From Trichoplax adhaerens (lineage: Eukaryota; Animalia; Placozoa), in contig NW_002060957.1 in NCBI RefSeq assembly GCF_000150275.1, positions 1,538,445 through 1,602,444 on the forward strand: 64,000 bases of DNA. Reading direction: 5' to 3'. The position numbers and the translations under genes were made by a program. Below are positions 40,468-55,700 of this stretch, piece by piece (the first letter of the stretch is position 1; every line of letters starts with the position of its first letter). The notes under the pieces were generated by a model. That model was not told the origin of the DNA, ran no database searches, and saw only the letters and a program-made list of their open reading frames with translations.

Positions 40468-43400
40468 ATGTTGAACGGAAACAGTAGATCAACTAATAAA
40501 GAATTTACGAATGGTAAGCCGTGTTTTATATTATTTTAGTTATATTAAATCAGAGTAACAAGATTGATTACAAAATTAATGACATCAAATTGAGTTCAAT
40601 CAAGGTTCAATTTGATTTGAGCAATATCAACTAGCTGAAAACGATCATTCAAGCATCAGTGATACTATTTGTTCAGTGATTATTATTTTAAATCTTTATC
40701 AAACGATTGATTGTGCCATCGTTTTGTTCACATCATCAGCAAGCAAATATGATTAATATTTCATGAATTAGATATGTAAAGTTTCCATGATGAATCTAAA
40801 TTAACAGACATCATCAAATAGTAATGGATCGTTTTATTTAATTAGGATAGTAATTACCAACTAATATGGATATTATTTATATCATTAGGTCGATCTTGCG
40901 TTGTTAATAGCCAAGAAGTGGAAGACATGAAAACTAATAATACTAGCGACTTAAATTCTCAACAGAATGACCTGGGTAGCAGTCCTAGCATCGGCAATGG
41001 AAACGATGACGAAAAATGTAATAAGCCTAAGCGACATCGTACACGTTTTACACCTGGGCAATTAAGCGAATTAGAAAGATGTTTCAGCAAAACTCATTAT
41101 CCTGACATTTTTATGCGCGAAGAATTAGCTCTAAGAATCGGATTATCGGAATCACGAGTTCAGGTAAGGAGGATCTGCCTGTGATTATATAATTAATATA
41201 GCTTATGAATTGCTTTAGCTAGATTCTGGGTGTGCAAAGTTTTAAACTAAACTATCAACATTCAAACTTAGCTACATTAATGAGGCTACGTTTATTTTCT
41301 GCCGCTTTAAGGTTCATTGATTGAATAGAAATTAATCTTTACCGTCTCAAGATAGTATAAGTGAAACTCCATGTCTTTACATTATACAACAATATGCCAT
41401 ATTTTGGGTAGAAGTAATTTTAAATACTGCCGAAATATCGATCTAATCTATGAACTACGGTACTTAAAAATGAAATCAATTTCTTTTTCTAATAGTTTTT
41501 CTCTGAACTCACTTATAAATATGCCCGTAATGTTCGTTGAATCCTGCATAATATTCTAATCCGCTACATTAATTAAGTAAAGCAATGACAACTTCCTAAC
41601 CTTGATCGATGATTGCCAATACTAACTGATGACGCATGTTAGGCTATTAAGAGGATATTTACTTCACTTTGGTACTGAAAAATGAGAAATGATGCGAGTG
41701 GAACAGTTGGCGTAAGCCTGAGTACATTATTATTAACAATCTCCGCCTAAGATTATTGTTTATAGGTGAACATTAAACAGGTTCTGGTTTTAAGTTCATT
41801 AAAGATATATTATGTCAACGCGAATTGTGCACTACTACGGTACTCTTCTGAAAGAACTGCGTCGAAATTCATAGATTCTATATCATATGAATACAAACTC
41901 AGACTTTTTTCCTTATCTCTAAACAGTATTAGATTTTAACCAGTTATTACGTTTAGTTAGCTGATCATTTACTAATAAATTGTTTTTACGAAAAAAGATA
42001 TTCTTAAAAAAATCTCTACTGACTGTACTTGAAGAGTTTTCTTGAATTAGTAAATTGGTATCACGATTATTGAACGACTTAAACTACCTTTAACTTTACA
42101 ATTGAGAAATAAACTACTATAAAATTTATTCAATGCAAAAATCCACGTTTTTATAAGACAACCCTCAACTATAAAGATGTTATTATTCCAATCCCTGTTG
42201 AATACTAAAATGGCAGACTTGAATATTATTAAAATGAATTTGCTTTTCCAATAATCAATCTTCTTTGTTAGCTTGTTAAGGGTCAATATTTGCCCTGATA
42301 ACTTATTAGATGAGTCATTACCTAGGAATTAGATAGAGAATATTTAATAACAGCCTATAATATTCCTTCTTATCACGTTTATTTAGCTGCATAAATATAA
42401 TGATTATTCTCGATCACTTTATATGTACTACCAGCATTCCCAATTTCAGAAACCCTGTATCTATATATTTTTTATTTGTTACGGATACTGTAAGGTCCTT
42501 ATGTTCTGAGATAAATTTTTTTACAGGAATACTTCGCTATAATTTATAGAGAACTATTATTAAGAAACTTTACCGCTGAGCAATCTGTGGGGTTGTTTAT
42601 CATTAATAACGCTAGGAGCAGTTGTTAATATCTAATATCGATATGGAAATTATTTTTTGCAATTTTCAGCATAAACATCATTAGAAACAGCTCTACTTTC
42701 CAATAGTCTATAACAAAAAATGCAAGAATGAAGATGCCTGTCAGTAATATTATCATGGCATCTAATCTTTCTTTTGTCCGATCAATGATCCATAAATCTA
42801 GGTCTAGTAGATATGATGTCTCTGCCGTATTGATTGATATTAGTTAATTTTAGTTTTACTTCTTATTTCAGTTATACAAGTATACCGGTTTATAAATCTT
42901 CTTGTAGATATATAATATCAGCTACCAATTTTTTTCCCCTACTAAGGATTAATTCCATTGAAAATTTGATCGATCATCATTTGTACTTTCGATTTCATGC
43001 TATTTGCAATTTTTTAATTCATATATTAATTTTATTCTATCTATGAGTTCAATTTCATCTAAAGTGTTTTGGCCTCCGGCTTCAACGATTCTGTTATTAA
43101 AAGAATTCTAGCATTACTTCGTCCAGTTTTTCTACATAGCTATCCTTTGTTATTTAGTTTTGTATCTATATGCTATAGTCACGAATACGTTTTCTTTGTT
43201 TTTAATAATATAATTAATGCTTTTCATAAATCTCCAATCGATGTTGAGAATTGCATTATTGCATCAAATAATAGCAAAATAGCAGAAAGCTTTTCTACGC
43301 CATACCTGGTTGCTGTATTCTCCTGAAACGCTGTATTATTCGGCAACAATTTATCTGTTTCTCGGCCAATGAATTTTTTTTACATTTATCCATGATGTAA

Positions 43401-46100
43401 TGAATTGATTATATAACAATGTGCAAAAGTTGGGAAAGGCACCCCAAAAAGTAGACATCAATAGATTGTTATAGTCCATTAAAGCTATGCATTGCGACTG
43501 TTACAGTAACATTACATGAGACCTGCAAATTTTTCTGCCAAAACATACAACGCTTTTCCTCTTCACATAAATTATTTTTGTTGCCAACTAATCATAAATC
43601 TTAGATTTAAATTCAGTATTCGCCATAGTTAATAAATAGAGAAATCATACTTTTTGAAAATAAGGCAGGCTACTCTCTTTATTGAATACTCACCGAGAAT
43701 TCGATCCTTTTCTACGTTACGAAACTGTCTGTCTACTGCTGAAATAAATTTAAGCATAGTTGGACTTGCATATTATTAGTACTTATATTACGAATATCAC
43801 TACAGTAAGCAAATGATGAGAAATACCGGGGATAAGCTAGAATCGATGCTTTCTTTCGACAGTAAAAATTGTTAATTTCTAGTTCAATCGTCATTAGTAA
43901 AGCGATCACATCATAAATCAGTGAAATCGAGATTTTAAAGAACCTGCACCGTTAAGGCTTATCGATTATTTGCAATGTAACAGTTGTATATTTTTATTGA
44001 AATTGTTTTAGCTTTCATGCTTTCGCTATTTCTCATGTACTCATGCTGTAGGGGCTCACGAAATTGTTTAGTACGTTATCATGCAATGATAAAAACGAGA
44101 TTGAAAATATTAGATCATGACAATAGTCCCTTCCCATTATGCCGTATATCCTAATCCTATCTGAATTGTTAAATTATTCTAAATTAAAACCAGTGCCTTT
44201 TGTCCTTAATAAAATATTCTATCTGGCTACTGCTTGCGTATATTGCTACAGTATTAACTAGTGCAATAATAGTAGCATAATGTCAAAGCCGTTATTCGCC
44301 AACACTCGCCCACTATTGATTTCACCCATATGTAGTTGAAAACAACTATAATCGGCTGCATTGCTCATAGTCAAGGTAAATGCATCTAGAAAATGTTGTT
44401 CTATCTGCATATTGTTACATAATGTTATTACGGATCTTTACTATCAGCTTTTATTTTCTAACGGACTTCACAAATGCTACATGGTTGACATTTTTCGGAA
44501 TAAGCAAGTTAATAAAGTGATCATCCATTGCCATTTTAGCTGAAAATTAAAGAGGAAATAGATACAGTCTTTCTGATTACCTATCTCTCTTAAACAATAC
44601 AGTAATGTAAATGGACTGAAGTAAAATTTAAAAGTATTAAATCTCTAACAGAGAATACTAACAATTGTTGGGTCTAGCTGAAGAATAGATGATATTGAAT
44701 TGAGATACTTCTGATTGCTCCCTAACAGAGATATTTGTACCCACGAAAATTAATTTCAGTAATGATTATTTTCATAGGTATAAAATAGAGAAATCATGGA
44801 GCGTACTAATTTTAATGTAAGATATTTACTACCAAGCCTAAGTATTATCAATAAATTTCGTTCGAAATAGTATTATGCGCACTACGCGTACAACTTGCAG
44901 TGCGCTATTAAACAATAATAGTTATAACCCTAACCAAATTCTGTCTAGCTATAACGAAGCAATTTTAGGAGTTTTTATACGTACTTTACAGCAATTGCAC
45001 AATAAACTTTATCAAGTCAAAGACATATGTTTCCCCCACAACGAATAAAGCAACTCAATTCTTATTTATATTATACAACTATATTTAATGACATATTTTC
45101 ATGGATAGGCTAAGCTGATTCTATACCCGCATTTGCGACAGTTCTTAAAACTGTAATACTGTTAATATATACGTAATCGTGATTTTTTGGTTAGCATAGT
45201 TACATTCTAACAATAAAATATCCAAATTTGACATCGAGAAACTAGCAACCTCTGAAGAAAATAATTTTAATTTACCATAAATTCTCAATTTTGAAAACAC
45301 CAACGTACTAGTTACTAGTTATTAAAAAGAAATATTATTGGCACGCTTTACGATATAATTTCAAGAGAGTTTAAATATGCATTCATAACCGAATAATACA
45401 TAAAACTCTTTTTAAGAGAGAAGTAAATGCAATTGCTGCAATTAAGACTTATCAATAAATCTAATATAAAGAGAGAATACTGATAAAGATAAATAATTAT
45501 AATTTAAAATGGCAGGTATGGTTTCAAAATAGACGCGCAAAATACAAAAAAAAGAAGAAAATTGGCTCGAATGGTAACTTGTTTGCCTGTGGGTCAACAT
45601 TGCCATCAGGCCAGCCCAGTATTAATAGTCATAATTCTGTTATGGGCGAAGGTCTAAGCTACGGAAATTATCATTCAGAAGAGCCTTGGCCAACATTAAA
45701 CTCGACCGTAATGACAACATCGCCATCACAACCTGTTTCGTCCTTGCAAGTGCCTAGTAACCATCTATCTCAACATCCAAACCAACATCAGCAATCCATA
45801 CTACAATCTACCGGTGGACGAAACTATCAACAAAATCTCCATCATCATCAAAATTATTCCAATCAAAATAATTCTAACGTCAATGGAGCACCTAGCATGT
45901 TCACATCACAGCCTTCCACTTTCCAAAACGCGCAATATGTCAATCCTAGATTGGCTGCTGCTACTCACCAAGGCGTTTCCTTAACTTCGATGCAACCAAT
46001 TAATCAATCAGTGGCAGTTAATGACTCATGGCAAGGATCTAGCTTAGCAAATTTACGTCAAAAAGCTTTAGAGCACAAAGCCACCATTAACTATATGTAA
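40468..46100 (+). CDS. Otp: Orthopedia (PRD-class, Q50 homeodomain) with C-terminal OAR motif; exons 40468-40513 (tentative), 40889-41163, 45516-46100
   Basis: Homeodomain [46 protein letters not shown]|[13 protein letters not shown], with the Otp-diagnostic RHRTRFTP and PDIFMREE and the typical PRD-class intron between codons 46 and 47. C-terminal [16 protein letters not shown] matches the Otp OAR motif. The first exon [16 protein letters not shown] has a phase-1 GTAAGC donor that matches the phase-1 acceptor at 40889. Confidence 0.93.
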
Positions 46101-49100
46101 TATTACAAATTAGAAAATCATAGCAAGCACAGTTGGTCTAATACTTAAGAAAGCATTGCTTAGTTCTAAAACTTATTAAAATTATGTTTTACATAGGCTA
46201 AATTTAATGCAAACTTGTATTTTCCCTAGTTCAACAACCTAGTTTAATCCGATATGTAACAATAAATTTTTCCGAATTACCATCAATTTAATTGGCATAT
46301 AGATGATAAATCTGAAACAAAATGCAAATTGATAAAAGCTCAATCCTTTTTTTCCTCACCAATCTACTAATGAATTTCATCCCAAACACATTGAATGCAT
46401 TAAAGACAACATTTTGTGTAGATCAAAGTGTTCAAATAGATTAATGTAACTACGTAATATCAGCATGGCTTTGTTTCATGCTATATTTATCAATCGCCTA
46501 TAAGCTGCACTGACTGATATATCTGCCATAAAATTAAATCTGACTACTTAATTACAGTACCTGAATAAATTATTCGATGTGAATTGTATTTTTAGCATGT
46601 ATTTCAGCAAGTATAACGCTATAATTCAATAATAATATATGAGTTTTCATAATTCCATTCAGCGTAAAATCTGTATGAAATCTTTCTATAAGATGAAGTT
46701 AAAATATTATTAGAATTCTGTTAAAAATATAGGATTTGTTTTTCTGAGCTTGGTAGGATACAATTCATAATAAATACTGATCATCATTACATCAAAAAAG
46801 GAATCAGCAAATAGAGATTTCATCCTCCTGTCAAATATTTTCTACGAAGACTTTCTAAACAGTATTTTTCGTTGCACTTGTGTAGATACTAGAATATATG
46901 TCGAAATAACTAATTGGTTTGTATGGACATCATTCTGAACTGTACAGCAGATAAAAATAATGATGGCTGTATCAAAGAAAATCAAAAGTACGGCGAAATT
47001 AATTTTATCCTTATAATGCTTTACCTAGTTATTTCAGTCGTAGTTCCATTAGCTATTGTAATTTCAAGTACAGCCGCAGGCAATATCTAAGCCCAATAAA
47101 TAGATTTAGCACAATTAAACATACTAATCCTCTATTATATATGGCAGAGCATAGATTATTACATGATTGTATTTCTATTTAATTTTACGTATATTGTAGA
47201 AGTGCTTAAGCAGGTGCAAAAGAGCGATAATTCAAGATGTCTGTAGATAGAGCTTTATTGCTCGATATAGCTTATTTTAATTTAATTCTCTATATCTAAC
47301 CTACAATTATGATCGACAACCAGCCCTATATCCTAATTTATCATTGAAATCGACTATTGGTTTATAATTTTGTCCTCATATTCCTACACCAGAAAGAGAA
47401 AATGAAAAATGTAGTTTAAATTTATTGGAGATGTAGTAATCTTCAATTTACGTTGGGTTAAGCATAATTAACTAAGAACTTTAACTTAGGAAATTACCCT
47501 TGCTTGTAGTTAAATAACAAAATCTCTTCGAAATATCTTCTTTGAGTAGCAAATTTTCGAATTTATTACAGTGGTTGTATATAAATTCTTGAGGTTGATA
47601 TTAACATTAATAATATTCATCTGAATTAACCTTCAGGTAGTCAATGAAGCATTTATTCAGAAATGAAATAAAATTATCTGAAATATATCATAACTTAAAT
47701 ATCGCCTCATTACATAAATTCTTTCGTCTACTGAATTAATAATCCTACATATGATTTTACTATCTCATACTATCTTAAAATCTCAGTCTAAAATCATTTT
47801 TGCATAAAATCTAAAGTTAAAATGTTGAGATTTCAAGAGTATCGTCTCTCATATTGGCGGTAGGCCTCGAAGATTTTTCGTAAAAAATCAGTCAACGAAA
47901 TAATTCACTTACTGTAGCCCACAAATTAAGAAACCCTGAAACTAATAAAATAAGGCCGTATACTAGCGCACTTGTACATGCATATAGAATGGCAGCATAG
48001 ACACTGTCTCAGAAATGAAACTTGCATATCATATGCAAGACCTGTTTTAATGAAATTCATTCATCTTAAAAATTCGTCGAAATAGTTCTTTGAAGGAAAC
48101 ATAAGTTTTTTTATTAATAAAAGTAAGATATTTAAAGAGATATTCGACTAATATCGTATTACAGTTATGTTTGATAACTACAGGCAGCAAATGCTAGGTC
48201 TCATTGAAAGTCATGAATGAATTGAAACTATTCTAAACCACTTCCAAACGTATTAATATTCAATAATAAGGGATAATTCTTTTTCTAGCCGATATTTGAT
48301 GAATAAATAAAATAAAACTCATAATTATTTCCCAAATTCATCTCTAATTTAATAAGATCATAGGTCACTTGTTCAATTGCTTCGCTTAATTCAAGTAATA
48401 GAAACGAATTAAGTTAGAAGTAGTAGTAATATCGAAAAAGATATTTTATTCAGAATTTTTTTTTAAACTTTTCCTGGAAACGTTGATATATCACCGACAA
48501 ATCCTACTTTACAGCTTTTCATTTTACAAGCAAGAATATGCTGTACGTACAGTATGCACTGTACTTTATTGGAATTATTTTCTTACTCTTCCTGAGTCCT
48601 ATCAACGAAATTACAAAGATTATATACTGTACCGTGTTCAGTAATAATCACTAATAAAAGCCAATTTTAGTAAATATGTCCTACGAATTAGTGACCACAG
48701 TTCCGAAAGCAAAAATTCTATCGTGTACATAGCACGTGTAACAGTAGATGATCTAACTAGAGTCAGGAAGAATCTTAATTTTAAGCCAGCCTAATATAGC
48801 CGTTTAACCGACGCTAATTATATCGAGATTGCTTCAATTAGTTGCAACTAAATCTACGTGAGCAATTTTATGCAATTTATTCAGAAACTGCTCCGAGTCT
48901 CGTATAACTAAAGTTTTTAAAGGGGGAAAAATTATGACAACCACATTTTCCATTGCCATAATCGAGATAGTCATCGAAATAGAGTTCAATTAACATATTT
49001 ATTGCCTCCTATCTATTTTAAATCAAACTACCGTTAATTATAGACTAACAGGCCGTTTCAATTAGGGTTTATAACCCCTCCGAATTTTGTTACCCCGGAG

Positions 49101-52100
49101 TCCAATCCATGATTTGAATACCATGATGTTGAAATTTACTTCAGTAACAGTCTGCTTACTTGAAATCAGGCTGTTCTTCGGATACACTCCTATAGATAGC
49201 AAACACTAGAAAAAATAATTAAAGATTAAGGAATGGGAACTAGCTAAAATGCTTCAATTTAACAATAGAAAGTCTATTGATTGATAGATTAGTAAGTTTT
49301 CTCAAGGCTTACATTGTCCTACCTATTTCACCCTCAGTAGAAGACAGTAAAGTGATTTTTGCTCTACCGCATATTATAATACTGTACTGAAGCAAGCACT
49401 AATATAGCTTTTCAGGATGGAGCTCTTATCTAAAACCAAAAATCTTAAAAGTTTACTTTTGTAGAGCTTAGATTGGAAGATTGTTACCGGTGCTATTCGT
49501 CAATTTAAGTAATGCTGCCGTTGGACATCAATTTATCTATCAATGTCGGTTTAGACAAATTCAATGCAACCATACTAATATTTTAACATGAGAAAGTGCT
49601 CTATGAATTTTAACTAAGATTCTTTATTACTTGGTAATTTCATTAACTAGCACTACTATCACTGCTATCACGACTTCCTTCAATCGGTACTGGAGCACGA
49701 AGTTTTCTTACGCAAAATATGATGCAAAGTGAAATCGCTTGACTAACGCGAATATTTAGTCTGCTAGCTGCAAAAAAGTAAAGCCTGAGCATGTAAACAG
49801 ACTTTAAAGTCATCAGCAATCAGTGAATTATATTACTTGAGCCCGTTTTTAATATCAAAAGAAAAGGAAACGGATGCTTTGCATTTCATGTTGTAACTAC
49901 TGTCAAATAGTCTTCATTACAAAGTGATAAATTATAATTTTCAATAAGAAGCAAGCTTGACAATATTGTTAAACTATTTTACTATTAAAGGTTGGTCAAG
50001 TAATTTTACTAAATCAGATTATTAAATCAATACGCTTGCATCTGAAGGCGAGAAGATTAAAATTATTAATAATTAAAATAACGCATCATCATGATAGAAT
50101 CGTCTCATGATACAATCATCTTCAAGATGACAATTCTTGAATAGACATCTACGGTTGAACCCGTAATTGTTCACCAATTAATACTTTATAGCTTACGTTT
50201 ATCACTATAAGACTAGATAACATTCACTTAAGTTAGCAAGCGCATTATTAATCAAAATTCTATTTGGTTTATGATAGCAAAACTTCACAAGTCAATATCT
50301 CTGGTAATAGCCATGAAGCGATATTGTGTTTACACATTCGGACTGCATTTGAATTGATTGATAGATACCCTTCTTTCACTACTCCAGTAAGAAAAGATCT
50401 TATGCAATCGTTATCATAAGAATATTGCTTGCACACGACCACATTTAAGTAGTGAATAGGATGAACAATCAAGCAATCACTTTATAAATACGATGTCTGC
50501 AACTAAAGTTTTATTATCCTGACGAATAATAAAAATCCCTTCTTCTTCTCTACAACTTCTTTGCTTGAAGTATGGGTGTTGTAACATTCTTCCTGAATCA
50601 GTAATTTCAATAATATGGATATAAATAGTTGAAAAGATTACACAGACAGCTTCTATGTCAGTAATTAATTATTATTTTATTCTTTTTACATGGGTACTGT
50701 TCTGGATACAATTCAAAATGTTAAAGAGAAGTTGGTATTGTATCGAATTGCACAGCTGCTGTGAGCTATTTTCTTGTCGACAAGATCGGTCTAGTGCAAT
50801 GACACCTACTGCGAAAGCACTTGAATAAAACCATTTCAATAAAGGAAACAAAAAAGCCATTAGTGACGACGATTGCTAACTTGTAAATGTTCCAACTCAT
50901 AGCATGTGGTCGTCAATTGTGGTCGATAAAGTAGTAGAGCTATAGCAAACAGTTCAGGTAAAACAATGAATCAAAATAAAACTAATGGACTAGTTGGTTT
51001 ATCATGATGATATATCTCAACCAATGAGCAATAGAAAAAAGCAAGCATTTAAAATTTTATATGAATTTTAAAGACAACATGGCGACGATAGTTGGCAAGT
51101 GGCTATAATAACTATTTTCCTTATTGATTATATGAAAGTATTTTACTTTTCATCTCCATAATTTGAACTTTTTTAAACTTTCAGTAAAGCTCTATATCAC
51201 CATAAAAAAATTGAATTCATTACAATAAGGATAAATGGAAATCAACTTTTTTGCCTTCATTTATTAATTATTTAAAAGTGGAGTTATATTGAAGGTAGAT
51301 AAACAATAACTTGATTTTAAAGATTATGACTAGATTATTCAAGTTATGAATAGTATGGGAACAAACAACATTATATCACTAATTTAGATGGTCGATGCAA
51401 CAAGTAAGCACCACCATACAATTTCTATGGTATAACAGCAACATTCAATCAACGACTTGTATAGCTAGCCAATACATCATACAAAACAATAAACAATTTA
51501 CTTTATTCTTTATTTTATTGTGTCTGAAATTATCTAATAGCTTTATAACTTTATCGATAACAACAGCCAATTAAAGAATAAAGCGAACCCATGGAAAAAT
51601 AATATATTATACAATCTAGAGTCCATTTAATCGTTTACCAATGTACTCATCATGACAAAAATTGATTAACAATATTACTCATAATTTCCTCCCATATTGC
51701 TGTGATGCTATTTGAATGTGTCTAGCGTTGAAATCAATCTAATTTCAAATTGTATTGTAGACCCGAACTCTACAATCTGCATAGACCCAACCCTGCTTCT
51801 ATCCCGCCGTTTACTATTGCCGTAGGTGGGCATGGCAAAATTTATTTTTCTAGTATTTTCAAATAAGATGGTATTATTCTATGTTAGCGGTGTTATTATA
51901 ACAATTTCTTGCAGCGCAGGTCTTTAAATCATCATTCCAGATACACACCTTAGTATTTGATACAAATTCATCATGAAAATCGATCTAGCAATTTTTTTTT
52001 ACTTCTAGAATCAGGTAATCATCCATTCTTCAAGAATAATTAAATTCATTATGGTTTTAGGGTTATGATAATCTATTTTTTTTTACTTAATTCAGCCATA

Positions 52101-52111
52101 TATAGCCCACG

Positions 52112-52736
52112 CTGCATGAATCCAGTCTGCGTTCATCATTACGTCTGTTTTGACTGCAATAAAAATTAATCACCTTTACATGGACAGTAGCAACGCGTTT
52201 ATCTGTGTTTGCAAGGTCGTCTTAAATCAAAGCTGTTATGGACTAAATGCATAATTCGATCGCTTAATACACTCAACGAGAATCTAATTTGTATTCTTTT
52301 GATTTCTTTCTCCTACAGTTAAGCATCATAGGGAGAGATTCATGATTCAATTTTTCATTCCCTTGTCAACTCAACACACTCTGCATGAATCCCGCTTGCA
52401 TTCATTTCGATATACAATCGTTATAATCAGAAAAATAACAAGACTTCATTGCCTACTTGCTATTCCTATCTTCAAACTTCCGCTTTACCTGAACTATACT
52501 AGATAAAATTTTCTTTGAATCATCTTATATCACATTGTTAATGATAGATGCAGTATTTCACCTATTTCTACAGTACTCACCTAATCAATTTCAATTACTA
52601 GCATAATTCAAGTTTCCCGGATCAAAGTCGGTCATATAAATTTATTTTCCCTAAATGATGACGAAAATAGTTAATATATTCCATTTTTCAGTTTGGTTAG
52701 AGATGAAACTCTACATGAGTCCAAATTGCATTCATC
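52112..52736. repeat. Three dispersed copies of a ~26-bp degenerate motif, CTRCATGARTCCNNNYTGCRTTCAT
   Basis: ctgcatgaatccagtctgcgttcatc (52112), ctgcatgaatcccgcttgcattcatt (52381), ctacatgagtccaaattgcattcatc (52711); a weaker fourth copy near 52886. Confidence 0.55.
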
Positions 52737-55700
52737 GATAGATTTTTATTCTTAAAATAAATATAATATTGATAAACTCTTCGTCTCCTGCAATATTTTA
52801 TTTCCCTTTATTTCAATATTCTTATCTTCATTGCAAACAGCAAAAGCATGTATTCTATCATTTCTTCATTCCCTGAAGGCTTCTCCACATGTATCCTAAT
52901 ACATCGGATCGAAACAAATAATAGCAATTCGATAGTCAATCCTATCTTCCTAAACTAATTGTCAATCCACTCTCCTATAAGCATTAAATTGGTTACCTTT
53001 CACTGTTACACTGATGCATTATTTAAAAAGCGGCTGAGCCTGATTTATCCATGACAGAAATATTAATTTGCTATCTCTGTTAGATATAAATTAATTAAAA
53101 TTCAGGTGTACATTTGCAATACATCTTAAATATATCTATTCATGATTAGATGATCAAACACCCCTGATTTATCAAATGATGTTTAAAGTAATTTACAACC
53201 GATGAATCAAAATCATATGACGTATAATCCCCTTATAATCTGATTCTGACATTAAGGATGAATTAGAACGTTTTGTAAATCTTCGAAATTGAAGACAATA
53301 ATCATCTATCATGATCAATTTAATAATTTGACAGCTATTAGTGTTTTCACGATATTGTTACAACTTTTAATCAATTTGTTTTTTCATCATGAATAGATGC
53401 AATCATGATTACTAGGAATAGAAGAATCAAATAGTAAAGCAAAAAACAATGATAGAAAAGAGATTATCTTGGCGCTTATCCCCTTATTAAGAAATAAACA
53501 AAAGAAAGTTATAAGAAATCCAATTTACCACATAGAGTGTGGATAATAATTAACTTGAAGTTTTTGTCTAATCAAGTTCAATTTAGTTAGCATTGTTTTT
53601 TATTGCTTATTGACTTTGTTCAAACTAATCGGCCTTTGATTCATGTGTACATTTATGATTAAATTTTATAAAACATATTGAAAAAAACAATTCATATCTA
53701 CGATCGGTCTCAAATATAAATTATTGATGAGACCGAAAATACTGCTAATTTCCATACCCTAATAGATAAGGTATTTCCACTTTACATACGACGATAATCA
53801 TGATCATTCCTAACTGCTTAATTAATTTTGAACTTTTACTGGATCCTAATGGTCTTTATTGATAATACTGGTGTTATATCTCAATTTGATAATGGTAATG
53901 GAAAAATAAAGGCTAAGTATCGTTGGGGCTATTATATAAGAGGAAAGAGGCTTAACGCCAATTATCAATCACTGCACAGTATGGAATATTGTCGGTGTCC
54001 TAGGCTAATTTGCCGTTAAAGTAATTATATTGTATTAGATTCATCAATTAAACCTTACATTGATTATTATAAAAGATACCAGACGACGCCGATCCAAGCT
54101 AATATAAAAGCAACAGACTAAAAGGTGTAAAAAAAATTACATCAACATGTACGTAAAGTTATTTATCTTGCATTTACTGCCAATCATCTATCATAATTTG
54201 AAGTTGTAAATGAGTTCACTTAATCCACATTTTAAATGCAGCATTTTCTGCTTGCTATGCTGCTATGATGATACTTACGTACGTATGAAAAAAAATTTAT
54301 CATGATATTATAAAGTCTTTTAGAATATTTAATCCATTGTCAACAATAAGAGGAAAAGTTCAATATCAACTTTGATGATAGTTGCTAAATGTCAATCAAT
54401 TAAACAATAACCAGACTGCATCCACCTATGCTGCAATTCTGTTCCTTTTACCGGAGCTTATAGCTAATATTTTATGCCGTAATGTTCTAAAGTAACAATA
54501 ATAATAACGGATAATCCCATCATTTTACATGTATATCGATGTGATATTTCTAAAGATCAAATTGCTATAACAAGTATCGATTGGATGTAATCATCCAATC
54601 TTTACACTACAATTAGATAGACATAATGCAATTGAACCCTTACAATTTGATTATGACTAAATTAGTACAATCGATTATACGATTAATCCCCATCTTATTC
54701 TATAGTTATCTTAGACAATTAGTTATTGCTAATCGAATTTACCCGTAAACAATATATTGATGAGTTTAATTGTTCTCTTGCAGACAGTCGCCTAAGAATA
54801 ATAGTTCAAGTAAAATGGTAGAAATAGATTCATAGCGATCAGCATGCTACAGACATAATTGTTTACTTTATTCATTTAAGTAATCATATCATAGAACAGG
54901 TAAGTCAATTTAAAGGTTGTTTAAGCTATTTTATTTTCACTTATTGCATTTCAATCGTACGGACAAGATCTCAATCCGTCTACTCCAGTCAACTCTACTA
55001 AAAGCTATCTGTAAGTCCTGATATTAATTATTATTGCATAAAAGTTGTTGTTAGCCAATTAATCAGACAGCTCATCTGACTACATGCCGTAGTAATTCAT
55101 TAATTCTAAATACTGCTTAAGATTTTATTTTGTTAGCAACAAGAATCTGAGTCACGACAGTCTAAATACGAGCTCAATTATTATTTTCTTCCAGCGAAAA
55201 ATTAAACCAGGATACCTTATGATATGAGTTATCCACTAGTTTTCTATAGGTTTGATAGATATCTAGTGTAATTATCAACATAGATCAAATTAACTATATT
55301 CCCAATATTTTTAAGTCATTAGAAATTTAACTTAAAAGGACAAATTTGCTTAAAGATATCAGGGCTAATTTTTAAATTGATTAATTTAGCCTTTTATAAG
55401 TATGTAATCAAATTATAGCCTATGCCCTTGAAATCTCAATTATAACATCTTAAATTGCGTACGTGCACATCATTCGACTTAACATCGACGGAAATTGAGT
55501 ATATCATTTATCGATCTGAGCATGCAATCTATATGTCAGATTGCATTAACCATACCGTATGATATATTTGGCAAGTTGGTCATTATGAGTGGAAATAACC
55601 AAATGCATAGTATAGTAATGTTTTGATCAACTTGTTTGATCTCTACCTATTATATTGACAAAAGAGCTGATGAGCAGCTATTCTTTGAAGATACGTCACA

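Noticed and set aside
50269-50860. Short minus-strand ORFs between Otp and Hbn as a possible Rx remnant
   Set aside because: No homeodomain, octapeptide or OAR similarity.
53704-53736. 9-bp inverted repeat TCGGTCTCA...TGAGACCGA
   Set aside because: Short, no TSD, and expected by chance at this scale.
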